From contig WELA01003142.1 in NCBI GenBank assembly GCA_009602735.1, forward strand, positions 1-40,461: a stretch of DNA of 40,461 nt, given 5' to 3'. The number at the start of each line of letters is the position of its first letter. Position 1 is the stretch's first letter. A model generated the notes under the pieces. The model was not told the origin of the DNA and searched no databases. It saw only the letters and a list, made by a program, of their open reading frames with translations. The position numbers were made by a program, and so were the translations under genes. Of this stretch, positions 1 to 10,118 are shown piece by piece. The stretch comes from Mesotaenium endlicherianum (taxonomy: Eukaryota).

Positions 1-3000
1 CCTCCGCAACCTGAAGAAGTGGTTGAGAAAAAGGTACACCCTCCGGAGCACCCTACTGCTGCAAACATTGTTGCTCACTACACGGATGTGTTTAATATGC
101 CTCCAAGACTACCCCCTAAGCGGGAAGTTGATCATAGGATTGGATTATTACCTGGTAGCCAGCCACCCTGGCAACGCACGTATGGCTTGTCTTATTTGGA
201 GAGTGAGGAGTTGAAAACACAGATTGCAGAGCTGGAGGAAAATGGTTACATTTCTCCCAGTAAATCGCCGTACGGCGCACCTATCCTATTTGTTAAGAAA
301 AAGGATGGCAGTATGCGGATGTGTGTGGATTACAGAGCCCTGAACAGAATTACAGTAAAGAACAAGTATGCTTTACCCAGAATCGAGGACTTGCTTGATA
401 CCCTGTCTGGCGCTAAGGTGTTCAGTAAGATAGATCTCAAGAGTGGTTATCATCAAATCAGAATTGCTGAGGGGGATGAACACAAGACTGCTTTCCGCAC
501 ACGTTATGGACACTATGAGTTCAACGTGATGCCATTTGGACTGACTAATGCTCCTGCTACCTTTATGGGTGCTATGAATGACATTTTCAGACCTTATTTG
601 GATAAGTTTGTGCAAGTTTTCCTGGATGATATTTTAATTTTCTCTAAAGATGAAGCTCAGCACACTGAACACTTAAAGAAAGTGCTGGACACTCTGCGGA
701 AAAATCACTTGTATGCTAAAATGAGCAAGTGTGATTTCTTTAAGGAAAGTATTGAATTCTNATATTGAATTCTAAGGACACGTTGTCAGTAAGGAAGGCA
801 TCAAGGTGGATCCTAAGAAAGTCCAGACCATACGGGACTGGCCAGTACCACAGTCTGTCTCTGAAGTTAGATCCTTCCTCGGGTTGGCTAACTACTATAG
901 GAGATTTATTGAGAATTATTCCACAAAGGCCAGTAAACTGACTGACCTTACTAAGAAAGACATCGGGTATGTGTGGGGGGAAGAGCAGCAGGCTGCCTTC
1001 CAGACCCTTAAAGATGCCCTTTGTTCTGCCCCAGTGCTAGCCGTGTATGACCCCAGCAAACCGGTGCAGGTGGTTACTGATGCCTCTGATTTTGCCATGG
1101 GTGCTATTTTGTTGCAGCCTGCTGACAAAACCACAAAGGATGGTAAGGTACGGCAGGAGTGGCATCCTGTGTTGTATGAGTCTATGAAATTTAATCCAGC
1201 GGAGATTAATTACTCAGTGCATGATAAAGAGCTGCTAGCTATCATTCATGTACTCAAACAGTGGAGAGCATACTTACATGGTAAAGCTTTTAAGGTGATT
1301 ACAGATCATCTAGCTCTGACCCACTTTCAGAAGAAGTCCAAGCTGTCGAGGAGGGAGAACCGCTGGAGCCAGATGCTGGAGCAGTTCCAAGTCCAGATCG
1401 ACTACAAACCAGGGAAGTTGAATCCTGCTGATGCACTCTCTAGAAGACCTGACTTGCAAGAAAGGAACTTTAGTCAGCATGCTGTAGATAAAGTCCTGTG
1501 TGCACTCACTTCACTAAAGGTGAAAAAGTCCTTCCTTGAACAACTTAGGAAAGCCTACCTTTCTGACCCAACATTTGAGCCCAGCCCCACTACTGGTATG
1601 TGTCGTGCTACCGCACTCGGGTATAAGCTCAAGGGAGGGGTCTGGGTGACTGAAACCACTTCAGGCAGGCTGAAGCTGGTCATTCCTAATAATTTGGAAA
1701 TAAGGTCTCTCTTACTGAGTCAAGCTCATGACAGTCTCCTGGGTGGACATTTGGGGCAGGCCAAAACTGTTGGCAAACTGGCAAAACATTATCATTGGGA
1801 GGGGTTACCCCGGGAGGTCTTGAAATATGTCAAGTCCTGTGACCAGTGTCAGAGAAATAAGTCTCGGCACACACCACCCGGAGGTCTCTTGCAACCGCTA
1901 CCCATCCCAGCGGGACGCTGGGAAACTATATCCATGGACTGGGTGGTCTCACTACCAAGAACTGCCAACGGGCATGATTCAATACTGGTAGTCGTGGATA
2001 AACTGACAAAAATGGTCATTTTTATCCCCACAACTGTCAAAGTGACTGCACTCGAAACAGCGAGACAGTTTTACAACCATGTAGTATGCCAACATGGGCT
2101 CCCTTCTAATATCATCTCAGACAGAGACTCAAAATTCACCTCTAAGTTCTGGAGAGCTTTAATGGGGTTAATGGGAGTCAAACAGCTGCTCAGCACAGCA
2201 AACCACCCTCAGACTGATGGGCAGACTGAAAGAACTAACCGAGTTCTGCAGGAGGTGCTGAGAGCATATATTAACCAAAAACAAGATAATTGGGATGACC
2301 TGTTGCCTCAAATTCAGTTTGCGGTCAACAGTGCGGTGCACGCGTCAACGGGCAAAACTCCTTTTGAACTCAGCCTGGGTAGAGTCCCTAAGTCTCCTCT
2401 AGATGTGCTAGGGGAATCTTTAACTCACCCTGAAGGGATTGACAACCCGGTCTCCCTCCAGTTAACTCAGGAGTTTGCTGACACCCTGTCAGAAGTCCAA
2501 CGAAACTTGCACACGGCCCAAGAAAACCAACAAAAATACGCTAATCAACACCGTCGGGAACTGACATTTTCCAAGGGGGATTTAGTCAAACTGCATTCTC
2601 AGCACCTGTACCTCCCTGGTGTGGTCAAGAAAAAGCTTGGCCCTGTCTGGGTCGGTCCATATTCGGTGGTCCGTCGTGTCGGTCAGAATGCTTACAAACT
2701 GAACATGTCAGCTGAATACAAGGGGCACCCGGTCTTTAATGTCTCCTTCCTGGAACCGTACATCAAAGGTGATACACTGTTCACAGGTCGGTTCCCTGTC
2801 CAACCGGGACCGGTCCCCGCTGTCCGGGACGGCGACCCTGAGGAATATGAGGTCGATGAGATTTTAGACGCTCGCTCGGTCCGTCGATCGTCTAAATATG
2901 TCATGAAATACCTCATTCGATGGAAGGGTTACGATGCCTCTGGGGACACTTGGGAGTTTAAGGACCACTTGACCAATGCCAAAGGGGCGTTGACACGGTT

Positions 3001-3031
3001 CCACCTTCGGGCCGCTGGAGTCCCTCCATAA
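1..3031 (+). CDS. pol: Pol polyprotein of element 1 (RT, RNase H, integrase, C-terminal chromodomain); 5'-partial, frame break at 761-775 next to an N
   Basis: RT motifs [44 protein letters not shown]. RNase H motifs VTDASD, DKELLAI, TDH, ADALSR. Integrase HHCC (HDSLLGGH...CDQC), DDE (SMDW, SDRD, QTER) and WVGPY. Chromodomain [10 protein letters not shown]...[16 protein letters not shown] at ~2846-3004. The two ORFs (19-768, 806-3031) are separated by a duplicated ATTGAATTCT around the N at 761. Confidence 0.95.
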
Positions 3032-3267
3032 CTGTCATTTCAGTTGACACGGGAAGGTGACAGGCGGTCCTGTCTCCATTTAAGTTGGAGGGGAAAATAT
3101 ATGACAGTTAGTGAGCGAGAGCGATAAAAACACACTCATACGTTTATGTGTAGCGCATCGCAACTACGTCAACTTTTAGCAATCATCCTGTAAGGTAAAC
3201 AGCAGCGAAGCCACTATACTAAATACTAACATACTTCCTGCAATCCCTATGACAAAGGTCCATATCC

Positions 3268-3297
3268 TACTAACTTGTGCCCTGGTTACATGTGCAG
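3268..3297 (+). promoter_or_regulatory. Branch point (TACTAAC 3268-3274) and 3' splice acceptor (TGCAG, AG 3296-3297) directly upstream of the extra-ORF ATG
   Basis: Perfect TACTAAC ending 22 nt before the AG, then G-ATG-GCG at 3298-3304. A second TACTAAC lies at 3224-3230, with donor-like GTAAGG (3190) and AG/GTAAAC (3195) upstream. Confidence 0.55.
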
Positions 3298-3298
3298 G

Positions 3299-4975
3299 AT
3301 GGCGCCCACCACACAAAAGGAGGACAGAAAGCGCAAGGCAGAAGAAGCCAGGAGGACAATGGAGCAATACCAGAAGGAGCTGGCGGCGACGTCCCTCACC
3401 AGGAGAGAACAAGAAAGGGTCCGCAAACAACAAGAGGCGGCAGAAGAGGCACAGAGGAAGAAGGATCAGGAAGCGGAAAACCTCAGGAAGGCTGAGGAGG
3501 AGAGACAGAAGAAACAGCAAGAAGAAGCGGCAGCGGCAGAAGAGGAGAAAAGAAAAAAGATTGAAGCGGACAGACAGAAGAGCTTGGCCACTTACAGGTA
3601 TACTGTGGTGGGTGGCCAAAACTTCGATAACCTGAAGGAAGCATTGCTGGCAGCCCAGGAGATCAACAGGCTGGAACAGACAACACTGCTACAGAAGGAA
3701 GGAGCTACAGCACTGGACAGGTACATCGAGACACACACCGGCGTGGTCCTTTACGAAGATTATGCTAAGATGGTGGGCTATACAGCAGAGCAGGCCCGGT
3801 ATCTCGCAGATGATTCAGAGGACAAGCCGGTCCCCATACCGGGAATAGTGGGAGATCAGAGACTCATCCGGATGGTGAGCATGCGGCCCGATAGCTTTAA
3901 GGATACGGTATTCTACCTCACACTCCTGCCAGCTTACAATGAAGTTGAGAGAAGGAGCTGGGAGTACTTGGCCAGGGAAGCAGGACAGCAGATGTTCTCT
4001 CCCCACTGGTTCCCGTGTAAACTGAGGAAGGCTGAGCACGGACCCCAGTACTACCAGCAGCCAACAGACTGGAGGTGGATGACCGTCACAAATAAGAAGC
4101 AGGAGTGTGACCGAGCCCAACCGGATGACTTCCACTATGGCCTAGACGGCTATCTCATCCTACCACCTCACATTGCCCCTTGGGACCCCAGGCTGAATGG
4201 ATGCCTGAGCAATATGAATGCAGAGACCAAGGAACATAGGAGGAGGGGAAGAGACTACTTCTCTAAGGGAAAGCATGCCTTTGTCAAATGGGCAAAGAAT
4301 GCAGGCCGGATAGATATCAGTAGGCTGAAGGCCAAGCAACCTCCAGCGCGCCCTAAGAAAGGGAGGTCGGTAGACTACTCCATGTCTACTAGGGAGCAGG
4401 ACGACTTAGTGGACGAGACCCCTACTCTCTCCGAGGAGGAGGATGAGGAGGATGAGGAAGAAGAACAAGGCAGAGGAGAAGCATCAGCAGCAGGTACTCA
4501 GGATACCCAGGGACAGGCAGTGGCACTTCCTAAAGAACCACGATCAGGTGTGTGGAATGTGATCCCCGTTATGGCGACAACTGGACCCCGCGCTCGCTCC
4601 CCCAGCCCACCTGCCCAAGCAGGGGAAGAAGCTGATCTGACTGTACTGGGCAGCAGACACAGACAGAAATCCCCAGAGGACAGGGGTGCCAGAAGAGGGA
4701 CACGCGGGTGGGCCAGAGGTATGCCAGCCTCCCCCTCCGCTCAGGGGCATGTACCTCTAGCCAATGTATTTCAGCATCCTACTGGAATGCCTGTCTATGT
4801 GGGAATCAACACCCAAATAGTTGAAGAGCAGGCCACCATCCTCCGTTCTCCTCGAGGGCCAACTTTAGAGCAAACAGGGTTCTTTAGAAGGCCAGCTGAC
4901 AGACCTAGAGGGCTGTCCAGATCTAGGTCCAGATCTCCGTCCCCTGATCCTGAAGCCCCAGGAACCACCCCTTAA
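3299..4975 (+). CDS. Additional ORF of element 1 (558 aa, unknown function): N-terminal E/K/R/Q helical segment, aromatic-rich central region, acidic tract, disordered C-terminus with RS/SP repeat
   Basis: Uninterrupted 1.68-kb ORF between the pol stop (3031) and the PPT/LTR (5089). ATG in good context (GGATGG). No signal peptide or transmembrane segment visible. Confidence 0.8.
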   Translation: MAPTTQKEDRKRKAEEARRTMEQYQKELAATSLTRREQERVRKQQEAAEEAQRKKDQEAENLRKAEEERQKKQQEEAAAAEEEKRKKIEADRQKSLATYRYTVVGGQNFDNLKEALLAAQEINRLEQTTLLQKEGATALDRYIETHTGVVLYEDYAKMVGYTAEQARYLADDSEDKPVPIPGIVGDQRLIRMVSMRPDSFKDTVFYLTLLPAYNEVERRSWEYLAREAGQQMFSPHWFPCKLRKAEHGPQYYQQPTDWRWMTVTNKKQECDRAQPDDFHYGLDGYLILPPHIAPWDPRLNGCLSNMNAETKEHRRRGRDYFSKGKHAFVKWAKNAGRIDISRLKAKQPPARPKKGRSVDYSMSTREQDDLVDETPTLSEEEDEEDEEEEQGRGEASAAGTQDTQGQAVALPKEPRSGVWNVIPVMATTGPRARSPSPPAQAGEEADLTVLGSRHRQKSPEDRGARRGTRGWARGMPASPSAQGHVPLANVFQHPTGMPVYVGINTQIVEEQATILRSPRGPTLEQTGFFRRPADRPRGLSRSRSRSPSPDPEAPGTTP

Positions 4976-5088
4976 GGTGACAGGCTGAAAAGATAGTCAG
5001 TAAGGGAGGCTGGTCAGGGTCAGTTTCTTTATTTAAAGCTTTTGCAGTTTAATGTTGTCGAGGCGACAACAAGTTAAGTTGGAGGGAT

Positions 5089-5833
5089 TGTAATGAATCA
5101 GTATATTAGTAGATATAATATTCATTTAAATATAATAGTTAATTTAGTTCAGCCTGCTGAACTTTAGTTAGTAGTCAGTCTGCTGAACTTTAGTTAATAA
5201 TCAGTCTGCTGGACTTTACATAATTATCAGTTTAATGACTCGGCCAAAAGCAGCAGGCTGAAGTCAACTTAAGTCAGCTTGCTGACACATTCTTTGACAG
5301 CCAGCTGACTTCCGTACTCGGTAGCAGCGAACTGCCTTGATATGCATCTAAGTGCGATATGCTAGATGAATGGCCAGATGACATCCCTATGATGGATGGC
5401 TATTCGGGATGATGGGAGATGGCGGTGGATTTGGTTAACCGAGGTCCTACCAACGTGGTTAACTCCCGGGTAGGCGGTGCCATCGCACTGACCGTTGAAC
5501 AGTAAACTCATTCCATGTACATATGCTAGGCATTGCTCTCGAGTTCGGCATTCGGAAACGAGGCCAACTCTCTTGTACAGCTTACTGAGAGAACTCTGAA
5601 TCCAAGGCGAGAAGCCATTGATACGCACTGTCTTCTAACCTTGCTTATGTATGAGTTTACTGATTTGCATCATTGATGCTCGTTTACTCGCATTTGACTT
5701 ACGAGTATTATTCCTTGCTGGTGTATTGTCCTTTGCCGTTTAACTAGTTAACGGAAATACCATAAAGATTACTTGCTGATATAAAGATCTTTATTAATTG
5801 TTAATCGCCTATTTGGTAAGTCGATTCATTTCA
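5089..5833 (+). repeat. 3' LTR of element 1 (745 bp)
   Basis: TG...CA ends with a 10/11 terminal inverted repeat, preceded by TTAAGTTGGAGGGA (5074-5087). Immediately after 5833 an open frame of a different element resumes. The partner LTR is outside the window; the predicted TSD is CAAAC. Confidence 0.8.
5149..5226 (+). repeat. Three tandem 26-bp repeats (TCAGYCTGCTGRACTTTA...) in U3 of LTR 1
   Basis: Units start at 5149, 5175 and 5201. Confidence 0.85.
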
Positions 5834-5835
5834 CA

Positions 5836-8800
5836 AACCAACCTCGGCCACGTGAAGAAGGAGGAACCGGGACCAGTTGGACTGCAGTCGACGAGGAAAT
5901 GTTTTTGAGGCAGCCCATCCGGAGGCGCCTGACATACCCCTCACCGCAGGAGAGGCGACACGTCATTGAGAAAGGTAAAAAGCCTAAGAAACAGGCTGCC
6001 GAACTTATGGCAACAGAGGAGCAAGCTGCAAAGCCTGAAAGCCAGAATCAGGCAGAAAAGCCTGAGGGCCAGGATGAGGGCGGGAAGCCCCCACCTGCAC
6101 CTAAGGAGTAGCAACTACTGGATGCCTTTGTTGGGGAGAAGCAACCTGAAACTGAGACTTTTGCCATTGGAAAAATGGTCTCAGCCCAGCAGAGAGCACA
6201 AGTAGAAAGGTTGCTGAAGAAACACCGTAAGGTATTTGCTTTCACTAAGGAGGAGATTGGTAGAACCACTGCCAGTGTGTGTGAGATCACACTAACTACT
6301 GATAACTCAGTCAGACTAGGGCCGCATAAGCTCAGTCAGACAGAATAGGACTGTGTGGAGAAAACTTGTGAAGAGTTGCATAAGCTCCGCATGATTGAAA
6401 AATCTACCTCAGTACATGGGGCTCCTACAGTAGTAGTCGCTAAAAAGGACGAGGCCGGCAATTACACTGCCACTCGTATGTGTGGAGATTACAGGCGACT
6501 GAATCTCTACACGGAGCCAGATAGCTATGTGATGCCTACGCCGGAAAGGATCTTTGCAATTGCCACCACCGGAAAGGTGTTCAGCATTATCGATCTGCGC
6601 CAAGGCTTCAACCAGATCCCTGTGAAAACAGAAGATCGAGGTAAGACTGCTTTCTGGGCTCAAAGGGAACTTTGGCATTGGACAGTAATGCCATTTGGGC
6701 TTAAAAATGCCCCAGCCATATTTCAGAGGACTATGGATAAAGTGCGAGAGGGGCTGGATTTCGCTAAGCCATACACTAACGATGTGGTAGTATTCAGCAA
6801 GTCCATAGAGGAGCACCTCGAGCACTTGGAACAAGTGTTCCAGCGCTTGGAGAAATTCCAGATGAAGCTGCATCCTGGAAAGTGCAGATTCTTTGAGGCA
6901 CACGTGCCTTACCTAGGACATGAGATTGGGAACAATGCTATGTCCCCTCAGGCTGTGAAGACTGAGGCTATTTACAAGATACCTGCACCTGCGAATGTGT
7001 CTAAGCTGAAAGCTCTGTTAGGGCTAAGCGGATACTATCGTAAGTTTGTGAAGGATTATAGCAGAATTGCTAAACCCTTGACGGAACTCCTGAAAAAGGA
7101 TGTACCTTTTGTGTGGACAGAAGCTCAGGAGAAAGCCATGAACGAGCTTAAGGAGCGGCTGGTAACAGCCCCAGTCTTGCGAACGCCTGACTACTCCAAA
7201 CCGTTCAATCTGCACACTGACTTGAGTCGTGTGGGAATTGGCGCAGTACTCACTCAGGCCACAAGGCCTAGAGAGGAGTATGTCATTGCCTATGCCTCAC
7301 ACTCTAACAATCGAGCGGAGAGCAACTACTCGTCCTATGAAGGAGAGCTGCTGGCAGTGGTTTGGGCGGTCACGCACTTCAGAGAGTATTTGTGGGGAAG
7401 ACCCTTCACACTGATCACGGATCACTCACCATTACTATGGCTGATGAAGAAAGGAGACCTCACTAGTAAGTTGGCTCGCTGGGCTCTTAAGCTACAAGAG
7501 TACCAAATGACGGTGGTGCACAGAGCAGGAGTGCTCAACAACGACGCCGATGGACTCAGCAGGAACCGAGACCCATCTTCAGACGACAGAACAGGAGCTC
7601 GAGAGGACGAAGACCCGAGCAGCCCAGCAGAGTTGGTGGCTTGCCTAGCCGAAATGGCTGGAATAGTAGCATCAGGTGAAGCTGAGCCTCTACCCCTGTT
7701 CAGTCCAGAGATCTGGAAAGATCAAGCTACTATGCACTGGCTGAAGACGGGAACTCACTTGGAAGGACTATCAGTGAAGGAGAAGGACCAGGTAAACCAT
7801 CGAGCTAAAAGGTTTTGCTGGAAATGCAACAACCTCTTCAAAATTGAAGAAACTGGTCAGGAGAAGTTAGTGCCAGAACCCATCAGGAGACGAGCTCTTG
7901 TGCAGGAAATGCACGAGAACACTGGACACTATGGTGTCAAGAAGACATATAGTCTTTTGGAGCTGTCTTACTGGTGGAGGGGCATGAAGCAGCAGTGTGA
8001 AGATGTGATCAAGGCCTGCCAAAGCTGTGATCGCGTCAAGGCTGGTTTTACACAGCAACATCCACACTTGCAACCTTTGCCAATCATGGGCCTAGGCTAC
8101 CGTTGGAGCTGCGATCTCGCAGGTGAGCTACCGCTGTCTAAGCGAGGTAACAAGTATATCATGGTCATGATTGAGCATTTCTCTAAGTGGATAGAGGTTG
8201 TCCCTCTGACTGCTAAGGAGAGTCTAGGGACCGCGGAAGCGTTCCTCAATGGTGTGATTGTGCGTCATGGAGCTCCAGCAGAAGTGCTGACAGACCAAGG
8301 GTCTGAGTTCCAAGGGTCTTTTCAGAAACTCTTGGATAGATGCTTCATCGATCATCGCACTACGTCTAGAGATCATCCGCAAGCAGATGGTCTGGCAGAA
8401 AGGATGGTGCAAACCATTAAGTCTGCTTTGCGCAAGTTTTGCCTTGAGCATGACAAGCGTGACTGGGATCTAGCCCTGCCATGGCTGGTTATGGATTATA
8501 GATTTAGCAAGCAGGCTGCCTTGGCAAATTACTCGCCATATCAGATACTGTTTGGCAGAAGTCCAGTAGTGCCCAGCAGCATCAAGCAAGAGGTTGAACA
8601 GGTGAAAAAACTGGACAGCCCTGATGAACTGTTAAAAGTGATGGTGCGCCGTAAGGCGTTATTTGAGCGCATGATGCCGTCTGCACTAGACAATCTGAAA
8701 ATTGCACAGAAAAGAGATACGCAACGTTACGCCAGGACGCGAGAATGGAGCTACCGCCTGCAGATGACGCGGATTCAAGGAGATTTTGTCTACGGCAAGC

Positions 8801-9168
8801 GCCAGACCAAGACCACCATCGACACCAGTTCAGGTGCAGTGATCTTGCGCGTGAAACATGCGTTTGACAATGGTGTGTTAGAACTGGAAGGTTCTGATGG
8901 TAAAACCATGAGAGACCACGTGCAAAATTGCTCGCTATGCCATTTGCCGAATATTGATCCCACAGTTAGGGTTGTGCCCGAGGAATTGGTGCCGGCCACG
9001 CCTTGTGCCAGCTGCAAAGTGCTGGACGATCGGGAAGCAATGGTAGCTTCCGACAAGTGTGGTGCCCGTTGGCACACTTTCCGCATTGGCGAGGAAGAAA
9101 TTATGGCAGGACGATGGGAATGTCCTGATTGCCTTCCTAAAACCCCTAGCCGCAGGGCTGGAAAATAA
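5836..9168 (+). pseudogene. pol: Decayed Pol of element 2 (RT, RNase H, integrase, C-terminal PHD-like finger)
   Basis: One frame runs from 5836 to 9168 with in-frame TAGs at 6109-6111 and 6346-6348. RT motifs MCGDYRRLN, IDLRQGFNQI and VMPFGLKNAPAIF are present, but the catalytic motif reads YTND instead of YxDD. RNase H: EGELLAV, TDH, ADGLSR. Integrase: HENTGH...CQSC, SCDL, TDQG, AERM. Cys/His finger at 9004-9132. Confidence 0.9.
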
Positions 9169-9215
9169 TAGCTTTTAGCAGGAAAGGCAGGGACGCCTCA
9201 GCTGAAAGGGAGGGG

Positions 9216-9533
9216 TGTAAGAGGAATTAAGGCCAGACAAGTATTTTTTAAAATTTTCTGCTAAAGTCTTAGGATAAGCAGATGGTGAGAGCCGGGTGAC
9301 AGAGAACGTCACCCTGAGTGTTGGTCAAGGCTGCATGGTGCAAGTTCAGGAACCCAGGGATGGGTTAACCCTGGTAAGGCTTGTCACCGACACACGTGCA
9401 AAGGTCGATCGACCATGTCTTCCACACGTGAGGAGGGCCACCGACACATGAACCAGGCCGAAGGCACACATGCTGGAAGGCTACGCACGAGCCGAGGGAC
9501 CGACACTTTTAGGCACGATACTGTTCCTTAACA
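9216..9533 (+). repeat. Probable 3' LTR of element 2 (~318 bp)
   Basis: Begins with TG right after the PPT. TGTAAGAGGAA and TTCCTTAACA are imperfect inverted termini; the right boundary is less certain than the left. Confidence 0.6.
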
Positions 9534-10118
9534 AAATGATTTAACCCGAAGATAGGACCAAGGACCATTCACATTGGTTTTCTGATTCCGATTGCTTCCG
9601 CCGACAATCGCCACCATAATGTTTTGTTTTTCTGTTTTTCTCACACGACGACTGCCTACACGGCCTTTTATTAGGACAAGATCTGATATTGATACATGTC
9701 TCGTTAAAATTTCATAGGTATCTGAAAGAAAGCTATATCCTCTAATTTCTGGGTCTGTTCAGGTTACTGACGTGAATATTTTCCTCAGACATGAATTTCC
9801 GGGTTTGGGCGTTCACAAATCTATCTGTGTAATTCAAGAGTCGATCACGCCCTCGGAACCACTTCGAACGAACCTGTATTTTCTGCCCAATTCAGTCGGG
9901 GGTCTGTAAACGCATTTGCGTCTCCCTCTTAGATACTTAATTTCGACCGTGGATGGCAGGCTAAAGGCGTGAGGAAGTCTATTGACAGGTCCCTGACATG
10001 TTGTAGATGGGCTACTTGTTAAGGTGTTTCATGATAAGTTTCGCCAGTCTTTGTGACTAATTCGGTGTGGTAGAGTCTTTATTCGGCTCCTGGGGTTGGG
10101 GTAAGAAGAAAGGCAGCC

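Larger units (their letters stand above)
1..5833 (+). mobile_element. Ty3/gypsy chromovirus LTR retrotransposon (element 1), 5' part outside window; pol + extra ORF + PPT + 3' LTR
   Basis: Domain order RT-RNaseH-integrase-chromodomain. PPT-like GGAGGGA immediately before TG at 5089. LTR termini TGTAATGAATC...GATTCATTTCA form a 10/11 inverted repeat. Confidence 0.95.
5834..9533 (+). mobile_element. Older non-chromovirus Ty3/gypsy LTR retrotransposon (element 2), 3' portion, interrupted by element 1
   Basis: RT-RH-INT order. PPT GAAAGGGAGGGG at 9204-9215 followed by TGTAAGAGGAA. Probable LTR end TTCCTTAACA at 9533. Confidence 0.9.

Noticed and set aside
751..775. Frameshift/stop in element-1 pol as programmed frameshift or true inactivation
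   Set aside because: ATTGAATTCT is duplicated on both sides of a single N, typical of an unmerged contig overlap. Collapsing it restores IEF(L)GHVV, so it cannot be interpreted without raw reads.
3176..3635. Overlapping ORFs 3176-3619 (-) and 3249-3635 (+)
   Set aside because: Shadow frames of the purine-rich E/K/R-coding region (poly-L/F and poly-R translations).
3299..4975. Extra ORF as a retroviral-type env
   Set aside because: No signal peptide, no transmembrane helix and no fusion-peptide layout; the protein is highly charged.
5149..5226. CRISPR-like array
   Set aside because: Head-to-tail 26-bp repeats without unique spacers, inside a eukaryotic LTR, with no cas genes.
5362..5628. 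88-aa minus-strand ORF within LTR 1
   Set aside because: Short, non-ATG start, no recognisable motif.
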